From Chrysemys picta bellii (Eukaryota), in the NCBI RefSeq assembly GCF_011386835.1, contig NC_088813.1:13516001-13580000 (forward strand): a stretch of 64,000 bases of DNA, given 5' to 3'. This document shows positions 13,032-25,306 of this stretch, piece after piece. Position 1 is the stretch's first letter. Every line of letters begins with the position of its first letter. The notes under the pieces were generated by a model that saw only the letters and a list, made by a program, of their open reading frames with translations, did not search any database and was not told the origin of the DNA. Made by a program: the position numbers and the translations under genes.

Positions 13032-14552
13032 CTTTTAAAAAGAAAACAATATATTTTAGACAATTCAACAAAGTTAGCTAGGTTGCTCGCTACAATCCTT
13101 GCCTGCAAGCTAGGGCCAGAATACTTACATAATTTTTCCTCTTTGTATTTGGCTCGCTTGGATTTTAATTTTATGGTCTCTTTTTTAAAAGCTTATGGAG
13201 CTGCAGGTGCTTAGCACCCTTGAAAATCAGGCAGTTTTAAAATATATTTAATAAATTGGCAACACTGATTTCTGGTGTGATGTATTTGCTAGACTATGCT
13301 CAATATACGAGCCATTGAAATTTTCTTGTTATCTTCAAGTTTATTTTTGAAAAAGGTGTCATATTAACAGCACTGGAAACTAAAGTCTTTAATTCAGCCA
13401 TAGAAAAGTGCACAGGCAGTAGCAGTGCAAGTTTTCCAATATGCTATAATAATGGGCCTCAATTTAGACATAGAGGGACCATCCCTAGAGGTAATTTATG
13501 CCTCTGTCCCCATTCAAGTCTTAGTAGGCTTTCTACTGGGACTAACAGGAATCTTTCATCTCTAATATATTTGCAGTTTGTGTTTTATTTTTTTCCAGTA
13601 AAATATGCCTAGATTCAGAATATACACATACAATTAAACATTGATAAATTCATGTGAGAAGATGCAAAAATTGTATTTGAAGATTACATTTTTAAATAAA
13701 AATGGGCATTACTGAGCTTCTTCATGGTAGCCAATACACGACAGACAAGAGATATCCTTTGTAACATGACTAGGATTGGGTGGTGATGTTAAGAGACTAA
13801 AAAGTGTGTGTTGCTTTATACATTGATTCAGGAAAGCACTTTAAACACATCCTTAATGTTAAGGTGCCCCACTGAAATGCATGATTAAAGTTATGCATAC
13901 ACATAATCCTTGAATGTACTGGAGCCTCAAAGATTAACTAAAATATTTTTCAATAAATCTCAAAATCAGTAATGACCCTAATAATTCATGTATAGACATG
14001 TACATATACATATATATACACACACACACTTTCAAAAACAAGATATCTGAGACTCATTCCATAACTTTAGCTACCAGGACCGGAGTTCAGGGTTCTGTGT
14101 CTCCCTTGAAAAAGCTGAATACATCACAAGAACCTAAACCAGCATAAAGAATAGTTTTCTGTCCTACTTTAGGTGCTAGTGACGTCAATTCTTGTAAGAG
14201 AAACAGAACCCTGAATGCATGTTTAAAATACATAGTTCTAGTGTTAAAAGTTTCTAGCAAATTCTGTTAATTATTGATGATTTTTTAATCAGGTTTTAGG
14301 TGTATTTTCACTTTTAATTCTAGATTAACAATTTGAAGAGTTTTATTTGAAAAAACATCAATGGAACAGAATGTTATCCCATTAGATGTCTGCTACGCTA
14401 CAGCATTTTGGAAGCAGTAGATGTTATTGTAACAGAATACTGCCATTAAATATTATTTCAGTTATGCTAACTGACTAATAGTTAATGATTTTATCAGATG
14501 AACATTGATTCACTACACAGTGAGAGTTCCTTACAGACCTGCTGAACTCTAA

Positions 14553-14804
14553 GGCCTGGTCCACACTAACCCCCCACTTCGAACTAAGATACGCAACTTC
14601 AGCTACTTGAATAACGTAGCTGAAGTCGAAGTACCTTAGTTTGAACTTACCGCGGGTCCAGACGCGGCAGGCAGGCTCCCCCGTCGACTCCGCATACTCC
14701 TCTCGCGGAGCAGGAGTACCGGTGTCGACGGCGAGCACTTCCGGGATCGATCCCAGAAGATCGATTGCTTACCGCCGGACCCGGAGGTAAGTATAGACCT
14801 ACCC
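14553..14804. mobile_element. PIF/Harbinger-type MITE in a ZBTB8B intron
   Basis: TIRs GGCCTGGTCCACACT / AGTATAGACCTACCC. TAA target duplication on both sides (14550-52, 14805-07). CpG-rich, therefore young. Confidence 0.8.
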
Positions 14805-15739
14805 TAAGAGGCTTTAAGAACACACTTGTGTGCTTGAGCTAGTGATGGCATAAACATAGCTTTACTTTCTACAGCATACGCTATTTTTGTGAATAACTCC
14901 TATTGCCTGCATCATTTTTTTTTTTAACTTGGCAAATTATGAATGGCTATGAGAACTGAGGTGCTCTTCAGGCAAGGAGTAGAGCCCACCATAAATGACA
15001 GTTTTGGAAAGGTCAACAGAGACAGTGTTCGGGAAAAGAAATAGTCTTCCAACTTTATTACAAGCAGATGAAGACCCAAAATCGTTAACGGCCATTTTAG
15101 GAAATGTGTATATTTACATGAGCTTTTTCTCCTTCAGGTCCCTGAAGGTGCTGCCACATAGCCTTCCTACTGGTGCTGAGAAATCCCAGCATGCATTTGG
15201 GCTAGTGAAAGCAGCAGCCCTGATGATCAGCAATGGAGAAGGAAGTCTGCCTCTAGAGGGAAAATATGCAGTGTAGTTAATATTCCGCCTCTCAGAGTTT
15301 ATAGCATAACCAACATGGGGTTATCAGTTTGTCTTTCTGAATCCTTAACAACTCTTCTTCATAATACTAACAGTTATAAGAGGCAAAGTTTTTCTTACAT
15401 TCATCCTTCATTCCAGTGTTGTCCCAAATTACGTTACCATTTAGTAAACTGGTAGTCACCAACATTAGACTCCAAAATACCTATTTCAAATACAAGTTTT
15501 TAGATCAGAAATACTTACCTTCCAAATGCTGCACTGAGCAAAATGAGTGCAGCTTTCTTTTGAAGTCCAGAACAATAGTTTATTTTGCTGTTGCATAAAA
15601 TTCAGCAATATTTTCCTGTGAAGTATACTGAACAAGAATGAGAATAAACTGTTCAATTAACATAGACAGTTATACAAATAAGCAGCTTCCTCATCTGTTA
15701 TACAGACATTCTCTACAGCCTCAGGAATTCTCATCTCAC

Positions 15740-16688
15740 CTGTATCCTCACCATACCAGTCGCTGTGAATGTCCATCATGGAACTCATGGCCACCCCTGC
15801 ATCTTCTGGCCTACCCTCAAAGCCCCGAACAAAGTGATGAACCACATCATCTTTTCTTTGAGCCGCACTGCTGCGTAGCAGGGCCTCCAGGAACTGTTTC
15901 ATATGATAGTTATTGCAGGCTAAGTCCATTGCCTGGCCACTGTGCAGCCCCTCTTCCATCTGCTCAAGAGATAACGGAGTTGGATACTGCTGTAGTCGTT
16001 CACCCACTTCTACTTCCACTTCATCAGAGTCAAATTCTACTTTTGGTTCTACTACCCCTTTGGGCAGAGAAGAATTAATGTCATCTGGAGAATCACTGCT
16101 TACAGGGTCTCTCACCACAAGTTCCATTGGGTGGCAGCTGCTACATTCACCACAGGGAGGATCTCTCTGACAATCAGAAATCCTTTCCTTTTCTTGCAGA
16201 GAAGAGACGGAGGCAGAGCACTGGCTCTTTGTACCATAAGAAGTGCCCTCTCTGACAGAACTAGAGCTTCCGCTATCAGCCTGATAGAAGGCAGCTTCTC
16301 TCTCTATTTTTCTGCAAATATCTAGCGATGACCTGATGTATGTTTTGCAAAAATTGACCACATCAGTCATCTGCAAGTAGCTAGCTGCGGACATGACTTC
16401 AATAACATTTTCTCCACAAAGATCCAGCTTCCCTGAATAAAGGAAATCTAGGATGACGGAGAAGGCCTCTGAAGTAACAATGTCCAAAGAAGCAGTGCTG
16501 TGTCGCCCACTGTCTTGAATGTAATGAATTAATAAGGCTCTGAAGTAGCCACTATTGGCAAAGAGAATGTTCTTGTGAGCTTTGAAGATCCTGCCTTCCA
16601 CAATAATACTGCAGTCACAAAAAAAATCCCTCTTTCTTTGCTCATTCAGCTCTCCCAAGAGTTTCGTGTAATATGACTGCATCTCCAT
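15740..16688 (-). CDS. ZBTB8B: ZBTB8B first coding exon (BTB/POZ domain)
   Basis: MEMQSYYTKLLGELNEQRKRDFFCDCSIIVEGRIFKAH... Donor ACAG|GTGAGA at 15740/15739; acceptor gtcag| with exon start 16712. Join 16688-15740, 13031-12853, 12440-12129 = 1440 nt = 479 aa. Confidence 0.98.
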
Positions 16689-16929
16689 TTCTCCTATTGC
16701 TGCTGCTGATCACTGACAAGAAGAAACATAAAGAGAGAACATTAGAGCAGAAATGATTCCACAAAGGGAGAAGAAATCAAAACCTATCACTGTTTTCCCT
16801 CCTTCCAAAAACAAACACCCCCCCTCCCCGCAACAACCTGGCCTATAGTCATATTCAGACTTGGGGGGGGGGGGGGGGATTACAACCTGAAGTCACTGTA
16901 ACATTCCAACTACGACAGTCCACGTCCAA

Positions 16930-17060
16930 TTATTATTAGCATTACTGCAGCACCAAGGAGCCCTACTCATGGACCAGAAACCCATTGTACTAGGCACTGT
17001 GCAAACACAGAACAAAAGGATGGTCCCTGCCCTAAAGAGCTTACAATCTAAATAGAGTAG
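16930..17060 (-). mobile_element. SINE 3' tail fragment (MIR/CORE-like)
   Basis: Resembles the reverse complement of the tail of the SINE at 33896-34082 (CCATTGTACTAGGCACTGTGCAAACAC). Confidence 0.5.
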
Positions 17061-17689
17061 CCTCTGTCGTTTCTTAGTGGACAACATACTAGCTTGACAA
17101 ATTTAGTATCCTATATCCCAACTCAGCCAACCTATCACAGACACATGGCAAAGATGCCGTGATTGTGTACAGTGCTCCAAAGAGTGAGAACAATTCTAAA
17201 CTTCAGATAGTCTGAGATGGTATCTGCTTTTAATAACACTTCCACTAAAACGGATTCCAGGGTCAAATTACAACCTGCCCTGAGAAAAGGTTTTGAAGAT
17301 ACAGTTATCGAAGTTCACTTTTTTACTTATATACTAGTTGTCTCATTGGATGAGATTACATGCACCACCACCGCCATTAATCCCTCGTTCTTTATATAAA
17401 AAAAAAATCAGACACTATTGTTTTTCTGATATTTGCAGTCAAGAGCGAAACTGGCATAGATGGTTGCTTAGGAGGACCACTGGCGGAAAAGCTAATGAAA
17501 ACGGGAAAGGCTTAAAAAACAACAATACATTTTACTTATTTAAGGCTTTCCACTTGAGAATGTCAGAGAACTTTACAAGCACAAAGTCTCACAACGCTCC
17601 TGTGGGACTGGGCGCACTATCCCCATTTTACAGGTAGGGGAATTGAAGAACGAAGCCGAAGCATCCCACAGAAAGTCTGTGGCAGAGCT

Positions 17690-18760
17690 AGGAACCCGCC
17701 TCATTTGACCCCCGCTCCTGCATTTCAGCCAGGCGCCCCCGTGGCCATCAGTCTATGGGCACCGTATGTCCTATGTTCTTTGGAGCCGAAGTCTCTCCCT
17801 TGGTGGACAGTGGGAAATGCCAAGTCGGCTGGAGAGGCGCCAGCCCTGCCCACCCCAGCGCAGCAAACCCGCATCGGGCATCTGAGCAGGGCCGAGTCCC
17901 TGCAGCCCCCCAGAGGGGTGGGGGGGGCGTCCCTCAGCCTTCGCAGGGTCCGTCGCCTCCCGCACAGGATACCCTCCGCCCCCGAGCGCGGGACCCCCCG
18001 GGACTGAGCCCTGCCGCCCCTCCCCCAGTGGGGCTAGGGCCCCTGGGCTGCCCCTCCCCCAGCTCTGTGCAGAGGGCAGCTGGCGGGGGGCTTGGGGGGG
18101 GGGGTGATGCCGCTCAGCCGCCCCAGCCGCCAGCCACACCCCGAACCCGGGCGCAGCAGAGGCTTCGCGCCGCCCCCCCCCCCCCCGCTCCTGAATGAAA
18201 AGACGGCGGCACCTCCATTCTCCCCCTCACCTTTACCCGGCCCCTGGCGCAGCGCTACCGAACCTGACGCACGCGCCGGGCCGGGCCCTCCTTCTCGCCG
18301 CACCTCCCGAGCACAGGATAGGCCGAGAGGCGGTGCCTCCTTCCCAGCAAGGTAGGGTGCGCCCTCCCCGGCCACCCGCCCGCGCCCCACGGAGCATGCG
18401 CCCTTCGCCTCGGCCGCCTCCAGGGTTGGAGTTCCCTGCTGTGATTCTCTTTCTCGGGGCAGGAGCCCGGGAAAGGGACTACACGTCCCAGCATGCACCG
18501 CGAGGGCGCGTGCTCCTGGGCTGGGGCAGATCAGCGGCCGGGCGGTGCTGGGGGCTCGGGGCGCGCAGCCCCAGCGGGGCTCAGCCCACCTGGGCTCCCA
18601 GCGTTGGCTGGGAGGAGGCGGGATGGCTGAGATCGGTACCGTTTGGGCAGGGCCTTCGAGTGCCCTCAGCCTCCCTGCGGTGCTAGTTACCTGTCCTGTC
18701 ATCTGCCCCTCGCCTTTCATCCCTTCCCCAGGGAGCTAAAGCGCCTCCCGCCTTTCATAG
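17690..18760 (-). promoter_or_regulatory. ZBTB8B: CpG island promoter and non-coding exon 1 of ZBTB8B
   Basis: GC/CpG-rich. Minus-strand donor AAG|GTGAGG at 18231/18230. ZNF143/THAP11-type motif ACTACACGTCCCAGCATGCA at 18478-18497. NRF1-like GCATGCGC at ~18394. Confidence 0.7.
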
Positions 18761-18846
18761 GCTGCGCACAGACTGGGCGTCCCAAAGGCAGCTAGGCACC
18801 AAACCTGGCTACATTTCAGCGGCAAGCAAATGAAAAGTAGCAGAGG

Positions 18847-19066
18847 GGTAGCCGTGTTAGTCTGAATCCGTAAAAAGCAACAGAGGGTCCTGTGGCACCT
18901 TTAACAGAAGTATTGGAGCGGAAGCTTTCGTGGGTGAATGCCCACTTCATCAGATGCAAGCCTGATGCCTTGCCTCTGACGAAGTGGGTATTCACCCACG
19001 AAAGCTTATGCGCTAATACTTCTGTCTGAGTCTTAAAGGTGCCACAGGACCCTCTGTTGCTTTTTA
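18847..19066. mobile_element. Penelope-type head-to-head inverted terminal-repeat element (family A variant)
   Basis: Left arm GTAGCCGTGTTAGTCTG...CATCAGATGC is the approximate reverse complement of the right arm. Each arm carries a hammerhead motif. Confidence 0.8.
18972..19011 (+). ncRNA. Minimal type I hammerhead ribozyme motif (canonical core)
   Basis: GCCT-CTGACGA-A-GTGGG/TATTCA/CCCAC-GAA-AGCT-T-ATGC, with one stem I mismatch. The mirror copy on the minus strand (18918-18957) has CTGATGA but a broken stem I. Confidence 0.7.
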
Positions 19067-19164
19067 AGAAAATGAAAGGACTAGTCGTCTACAGGGGAGA
19101 TGGGGAGTTTAGAGTCCCGACCACCACATTTCAGTTGTCTCCTACACAGACACCCAACCCCATA

Positions 19165-20235
19165 GAGGGTTGCCAGCCAGCTTTCTAATCGCACAAAACT
19201 GAACACCCTTGCCCCGCCCCTTCTCTGAGGCCCCGCCCCCACTCACTCCATCCCCCTCCCGCCCTCACTCACTTTCACTGGACTGAGGCCAGGGCTGGCT
19301 CTAGCTTTTTTGCTGCCCCAAGCAGCAAAAAAAAGCGCTGCCCCCCCCAACTCCCCCTGCCGAGCGCCGCACCGCCCCCCCCAGCCGAGCGCCACGCCAC
19401 CCCCACGCCGAGTGCTGCCCCCCCGCCGAGCGCCGCCGGAACCCCCCCCCGAGCGCCAAGCCCCGCGCTGCCCCCCCGCTGAGCGCTGCGCCGCCGGAGC
19501 CCGCCCCCGTCCCCTGCCGAGCGCCACCAGAACCCCCCTCCAGCGCCGCTCCCACGCCGCCCCCTCGCCGAGCCCCACGCATCCGGAGCCTGCCCTCCCA
19601 GCGCCGCACCACCGGAGCGCCCCCCCCCCCCGCGGAATGCCGCGCCGCGCTCCCCCCACCGCCCCTTACCAGGTGCCGCCCCAAGCATGTGCTTGGGTGC
19701 CTGGTGCCTGGAGCCGGCCCTGGCTGAGGCAAGGGGTCTGGATGTGGGAGAGGGAGAGGGCTCCGCCTGGGGGTGCAGGCTCCTGGGTGGGGCCAGAAAC
19801 GAGGGGTTGAGGCAGGGGTGAAAGTAGGCCGATACAGGGCAAGAAGCCGGTACCAGCCGCGGCAGCACTTTAACATCGCTGCCCCTTTTGCCGCCTCCCC
19901 ACCCCCCGTGTCGGTATCCCTTCCGGTAGGGACCCTACCGGCAGGGCCACCGACGGGGACAGGCGAAAGGGGCAGCTGCCCCGGGACCAGCAATTTAAAA
20001 GGTCCCAGGGTTCCCGGCCGCCGCACTCACCACTGCAACAGTGGCCAGAGCTCTGGGTCCTTTTCAATCGCTGCTGGAGCCTCGGGCAGTGGAGCCTAGG
20101 GACTGCAGGGACTTGCCGGCCACTTTGAGGAGCTGCGTGGACCCACAGCAGGAAAGGAGTCCCACTTTTAACGGCCCAATCAGTGGTGCTAACTGGAGCC
20201 ATTGTCTGTCGAAAACCAGACACCTGGCAACCCTA
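19165..20235. mobile_element. Non-autonomous hAT element (GC-rich)
   Basis: TIR (G/T)AGGGTTGCCAG ... CTGGCAACCCTA. 8-bp flanks ACCCCATA / CCCCCATA (7/8). Confidence 0.75.
19290..19722. mobile_element. hAT MITE nested in the preceding hAT element
   Basis: TIR CAGGGCTGGCTCTAG ... CTGGAGCCGGCCCTG. 8-bp TSD ACTGAGGC / GCTGAGGC. Internal GCCGAGCGCC repeats. Confidence 0.8.
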
Positions 20236-21084
20236 CCCCCATATATAATCACTTATCTCCTCACCATCAGTTTTCATACTTCCCTCAGTATATTACTTCT
20301 TTTTGTAGTCCACTAATTCTTTCTCCCTATCAAATCTATACCTTCCTACAGTATTAGTCCTTGCCAAATTCCTCTTCCCACTCCCCATCTTCCTTGCCAG
20401 ACTCTAATTTCCTGCTCCTGCCCCAGTCCCTTATTTCTCACACTTCCCCCTCACATTTCCTCTCCACAGTCCCTCAGCTCTCTCTCTCTCCCCCCCACCA
20501 TCCCTTTGCTATTTTACTTTATTCCCACCTCCCTGCATCTTCATCTACCCTTCAATTAATAACCAAGAGTTTTGTACACTCCTCATTTCCACTAAGCAGA
20601 TACGTGACTTTATGAATTTGCTGTAAGATGAATTGTGAACTCCCTTCACTGAGAAGCAATGCCTAAACAGCATGCCCTTCACAGAATACACTCTGGTCAC
20701 TCAGAAATGAAGAAAATCTGTAGCATTCTGGGACTGTGCAAGAAAGAGAAGCAGAGCTAAGCCGGAGGGAAAAGGAAAATGAAGCAGGGTACAGATGCTC
20801 TTACATGGCATGTTTCCCAGACAAAGAGTAAGAAATCACATCACTGTTTGCCACATAAGTTAATGTTGCTCAAATTCTCCTACGCGGCCTCCAAATCCCA
20901 GTGGAGAGAGCAGAAGCATGCAGCAGCAGGCAGGGAACCAATAGCAGAACAGCAAGTGACCTAGCTCAGCTGCCATTTTCAGAGGGCAGTGCAGGGAGGC
21001 AAGGACGTGCACATATTGTCTGAGATCACCAGGATTTCAGCAGTTATCTACACATCCTTGACATACATGTGCTTTGAAGGGACA

Positions 21085-21350
21085 AGATGGGTGCGGTAAT
21101 ATATTTTATTGGACCAACTTCTGTTGGTGAGAGAGACAAGCTTTTGAGCTTACACACAGCTTTTCTTTAGGTCTGGGAAATGTACTGTCACATGCTAAAT
21201 AATCGGTTTCACCTTGTATTTAGCTGTCACTCAGTATATTTCCCAGACCTGAAGAAGAGCACTGTGCAAGCTTGAAAGCTTGTCTCTCTCACCAACAGAA
21301 GTTGGTTCAATAAGAGATATTACCTCACCCACCTTGTGTCTCTAACATCC
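21085..21350. mobile_element. Penelope-type head-to-head inverted element (family B)
   Basis: Left arm (...GACAAGATGGGTGCGGTAATAT...GTCTGGGAAA) mirrors the right arm (TTTCCCAGACC...CCCACCTTGTGTCTC). Confidence 0.75.
21245..21285 (+). ncRNA. Minimal type I hammerhead ribozyme motif (family B)
   Basis: AGAC-CTGAAGA-A-GAGC/ACTGTGCAA/GCTT-GAA-AGCT-T-GTCT. Canonical CUGANGA core; stem I AGAC:GUCU. Confidence 0.7.
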
Positions 21351-21904
21351 TGGGACCAACACAGCGACAACAATACTGCATATGTGCTTTGAAGGTCATG
21401 GCCATTGTCCCTTGTATGCAGTGGGATGATGCGCATAACTAAAAACTTGTCAAAACCTCAGATCTCTTTATGTATTTCTTCACATGCACTGATTTATTTG
21501 TGAAAGAGGAATAGATTCATACATATGATCAACACTTTGATCCTGAAACATATGACTCTCATGAACTACCCTTCCCAAATCACAGAAATATAGGAATTAT
21601 CATACCAGATCAGACTAGTGGGCCAACTAGTTCAGTATCCTGTCTCTGACAGTGGCCAGATGCTTCAGAGGAGGGTGCAAAAACTCCATCGTGGACATTT
21701 ATGGAATAAACCACCCAGAGACGTTTCTTCTTAAATACTATCCATTATTGGTCGTCTTATGCATTGAAGTATAAAGTTTTATATCCCTTCTGAAAATAAA
21801 TGGTATTCTTTGCTTCTTTTTTTTCTGGCCCAGTAACTTACTCGATATATTATCCTTTGTATAAAGTAGTTCTGTCTGAGTTCCCTAATTATTTTAAAAA
21901 TTAA

Positions 21905-21982
21905 GGAACTGATCCTCTACCCTTACTCACTAGAGTAGTCCCAATGGGACTATTGACATGAGTAAGCTGAAGGATCAGTCCC
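21905..21982. repeat. Short palindromic MITE-like hairpin
   Basis: GGAACTGATCCT...TTACTCA...TAGTCCC-AAT-GGGACTA...TGAGTAA...AGGATCAGTCCC. Confidence 0.6.
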
Positions 21983-24900
21983 TACATTTCCTGGGTTGTA
22001 GATTTTGTCCTGTGGGGGAAAAATATCTCTATATACCTTTCAGAAGTTTGAAAACAAGGACTCTGGCCCACCCTAACTCAGTGTCTCAAGAAGGAGTAGG
22101 GGTCATAATGATTCCAGGGACCCTCTCTTTTTTGGTCTTCTTTTTATTTGTTTAAAATTATAAAATGTTCACATTTTAGCTGCCTATAAATTCTGCATTC
22201 ACTCTTGTAGTTGAGAAAGCAAGCAGGCACCTCCTAGGCTGCATAATCACTCCATGAATGGCCTAAAGAGAATGCAATGTTGCATCCACGTCTGCGCTTC
22301 CTCCTTCTCTGTCTGGAAAGCCAAATGTCTCTTACACAACACCTTCAGCCCCGACAGTGCCATCCCTGAAGCCCTACAACTTAACCATCCTTCAACTCGC
22401 CAACGACTAAACTGGACACAATTTTGACTGGTAAGAAGAGCCACTGATTTTCTGTTCAGGTTTTAATGAACACATTATTGTTATTATTGGTTTTATTATT
22501 ATTCATTTATAAAATACCAACAATTTGCTATACAAATAATAAGTAGAGGGCCAAATCCTGGCCCACAGTGCTGCTTTGCACTGTTCCGGGGGTGCAAAGC
22601 AGCTATCAAACCAGCTAAACTGATTTACCCTGGCCTAAGGGGTGAGGCTGGGGAAAATTAAGGTGTGGCCAGTGCACTGCTGTGCCCTGGAATGGTCACT
22701 TTGCAATTGGTGCAGCTAGTAGGCTTGAGGCTGCTCTAAATTCCTCCTTGGGATTGGACAACCAACCCGAAGATAAGGTCGATGCAAAGATGGCATTACA
22801 GGCCCCAGCCCTATTAGCAACAACCATTACAAATGGTTGGTTCTGAGGATCTGTCCTATTTAGTTAATTACAGTCTGAATGGGAAATCAGTGGCACCTCC
22901 TACCAATTAAAGAGCATCATTAATAGGCTCCAAGCCTCCAAATAGTATCAGACTCTTATTCAAATGTTTATCAGCTTTCTCTGCTAGCTAAGCTGTAGTT
23001 CACTTTGTACAGAGGTCTGTTGGGAAGCAGAAGGTTAAATACCACAGTAATGGGTGCAGTATATGGACCTAGATAGAAGGTCCTGGTTTCTATTCACAAT
23101 AACTCATATAGATGGTTGGCCTTTGATCTTCTGTCTATATGTACAAAGGCCTAAGTGTGCTGTCTCGACTTCAGCCCTTGCTGCTCTGCAAAAAAATCTT
23201 TCCAAATGAGGCATCAGCATTCTTAACCCTTCCATTATTTACTTCGGCTACTTTTCAAATGTTTCCTTTACCACCAATCTGTTATTACACACTCTTTATT
23301 TAGAAATACAATGGATTTTAATACAAAAAGTTTTATGAAAATAGAGTTTGTAAAGGAGAAAGCTTTACTCTTCTGTGATCCTATCTCGGGAAGTGTAAAA
23401 TGTGCCATATCTTCATGAAGGCCAGATGAAAATTCATAAGATTGGTGGCAAAATAGTTGATCAGTGGAGCCTACTGAATCCACACAGCATAAATCTTAGG
23501 TCTGTAATATTACAACAAAGCTGGATCCCTATTAACCTTCACCCTAAGCGAGGTACAGAATACCAATTGTCCAAAAAGAAGTCTACCAGATCTTCTGGCC
23601 AGCCACGTTGTTGCAAAGTGCAGCCAACTAGAATTATGGTCTCTAAAGTTGTTAGACACCAGATTTTCAGAGTCTGAGCGCCTCCTCAGTGTTACTGTGC
23701 TGGTAGTCTGCATTCCATAAAAGCAGACTCACTGCCCCCAAACCAGTCAGCCTTCCTTCTGACCCAGGAGGCATTGTTTCTGGGTGTTCATTCAGGACAA
23801 ATAGACTAGTTATTTGAGAACTCCAGATGGAAAATTCTTCTCTGAAAAATCATATAATTATCCTGGAAATCTGATAATGGGATGGGAGATTGTTGTCCTA
23901 AAAGGTTTTGGAGCACTCACAAACCAATCTGAGGGCAAATGTTAATTGGTTTATATATGGAATAGCTTCCGTCATACTTAAATTCTTCCCTACTTACAGG
24001 ATCGTTCTAAGTCTAACACAAAATGTTTGGATTCTCTCCTCCCTCTTCTATATTAACTATCTTGCTAATACCCACTGTGTCTATTCTAATGCTGATGTGC
24101 TCTGCCTGTCTCTAATCTAGATGATTATTCTTCCTGGTGCTCTGTGTGTTAGTTATTAACAGTCACCCTCTCCCAGCATGGCAGAGTGGTACATTAACTA
24201 GCTTGGTTTAGAACTATAATGGAGAAGAACATCGAAACTTTCTCTCCTGTGAAAATCTACATGCTCCACACTGCAATTAGAATGAATCAGTCTGTGACCT
24301 TCGATGACCTCTTTATAACCTTTCAACTCTACCTGCTAATGACTCATCATTGACTTAAATTTATTTTAATATTCCCAACAATGTATGACCACATATAACT
24401 GCTTTGAAAACTATTACCATCTCCAATTTCCAAACATTTAGTAGTGTTTTGTAATATAAAATAAACATATATTCTAAAACTACAATATAAAAGCTTTAAT
24501 TCTATCAAGGAGCTTTGATTCAAATATTTTGTTATTTATTATGTTTTTAGGAATCCTCAGTGAAACTACAGGCTCTACACGCTTTACACTCCATTCTATT
24601 AAAAATACATTAATTGGTATATTTTGGTTTTGCAGTAAGAGTTACTAAGAGAGTCTGGAAGAAAAATAATAAGTGAGTTTATGAAGAGGGATACATATAT
24701 TTGTACAAACAGGCAGGAGATAATTTCACTTGTGTCTAGTGGCATAGAAACTCTACCCTTCCTCCCCCCAAGGCTCTCCACCAGGCTATCACATTACAAA
24801 CATTACACCATCAGATTAAACTTTCACTGACTGATTGTACCCCTAGAGAACACAGTTTCCATCAGATTAACACTCTTGGTGGTGGTGCAATCACTGCAAT

Positions 24901-25065
24901 ATATTTTAACATTTCAAAAGCACCCCTGGATTTATGAAAGATGGGTTCACTCATGCAGTAGGAAACCTTTTTACACTTTACTAATTACAAGCCAAAGCAA
25001 CATATACTGTAGATCCATGCTAACAACAAAGGTGAAAGATACTTGCATATGCTTTGAAGAAAGTA

Positions 25066-25279
25066 AAAAGAAGAACAGGAGTACTTGTGGCACCTTAGAG
25101 ACTAACAAATTTATTAGAGCATAAGCTTTCGTGGACTACAGCCCACTTATGCATCCGAAGAAGTGGGCTGTAGTCCACGAAAGCTTATGCTCTAATAAAT
25201 TTGTTAGTCTCTAAGGTGCCACAAGTACTCCTGTTCTTCTTTTTGCGGATACAGACTAACACGGCTGCTACTCTGAAAC
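25066..25279. mobile_element. Young Penelope-type fold-back insertion (family A)
   Basis: Perfect 83-bp inverted repeat (25066-25148 vs 25161-25243). 14-bp TSD CTTTGAAGAAAGTA (25052-25065, 25280-25293). Confidence 0.85.
25151..25190 (+). ncRNA. Minimal type I hammerhead ribozyme motif (family A)
   Basis: Identical to the motif at 7105-7144. Confidence 0.7.
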
Positions 25280-25306
25280 CTTTGAAGAAAGTATGTATCA
25301 TTTTAT

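Noticed and set aside
13990-14030. Short (TA)/(CA) microsatellite and scattered homopolymer runs
   Set aside because: Ordinary simple repeats.
17705-20316. Many overlapping ORFs
   Set aside because: CpG island plus GC-rich hAT elements; no domain.
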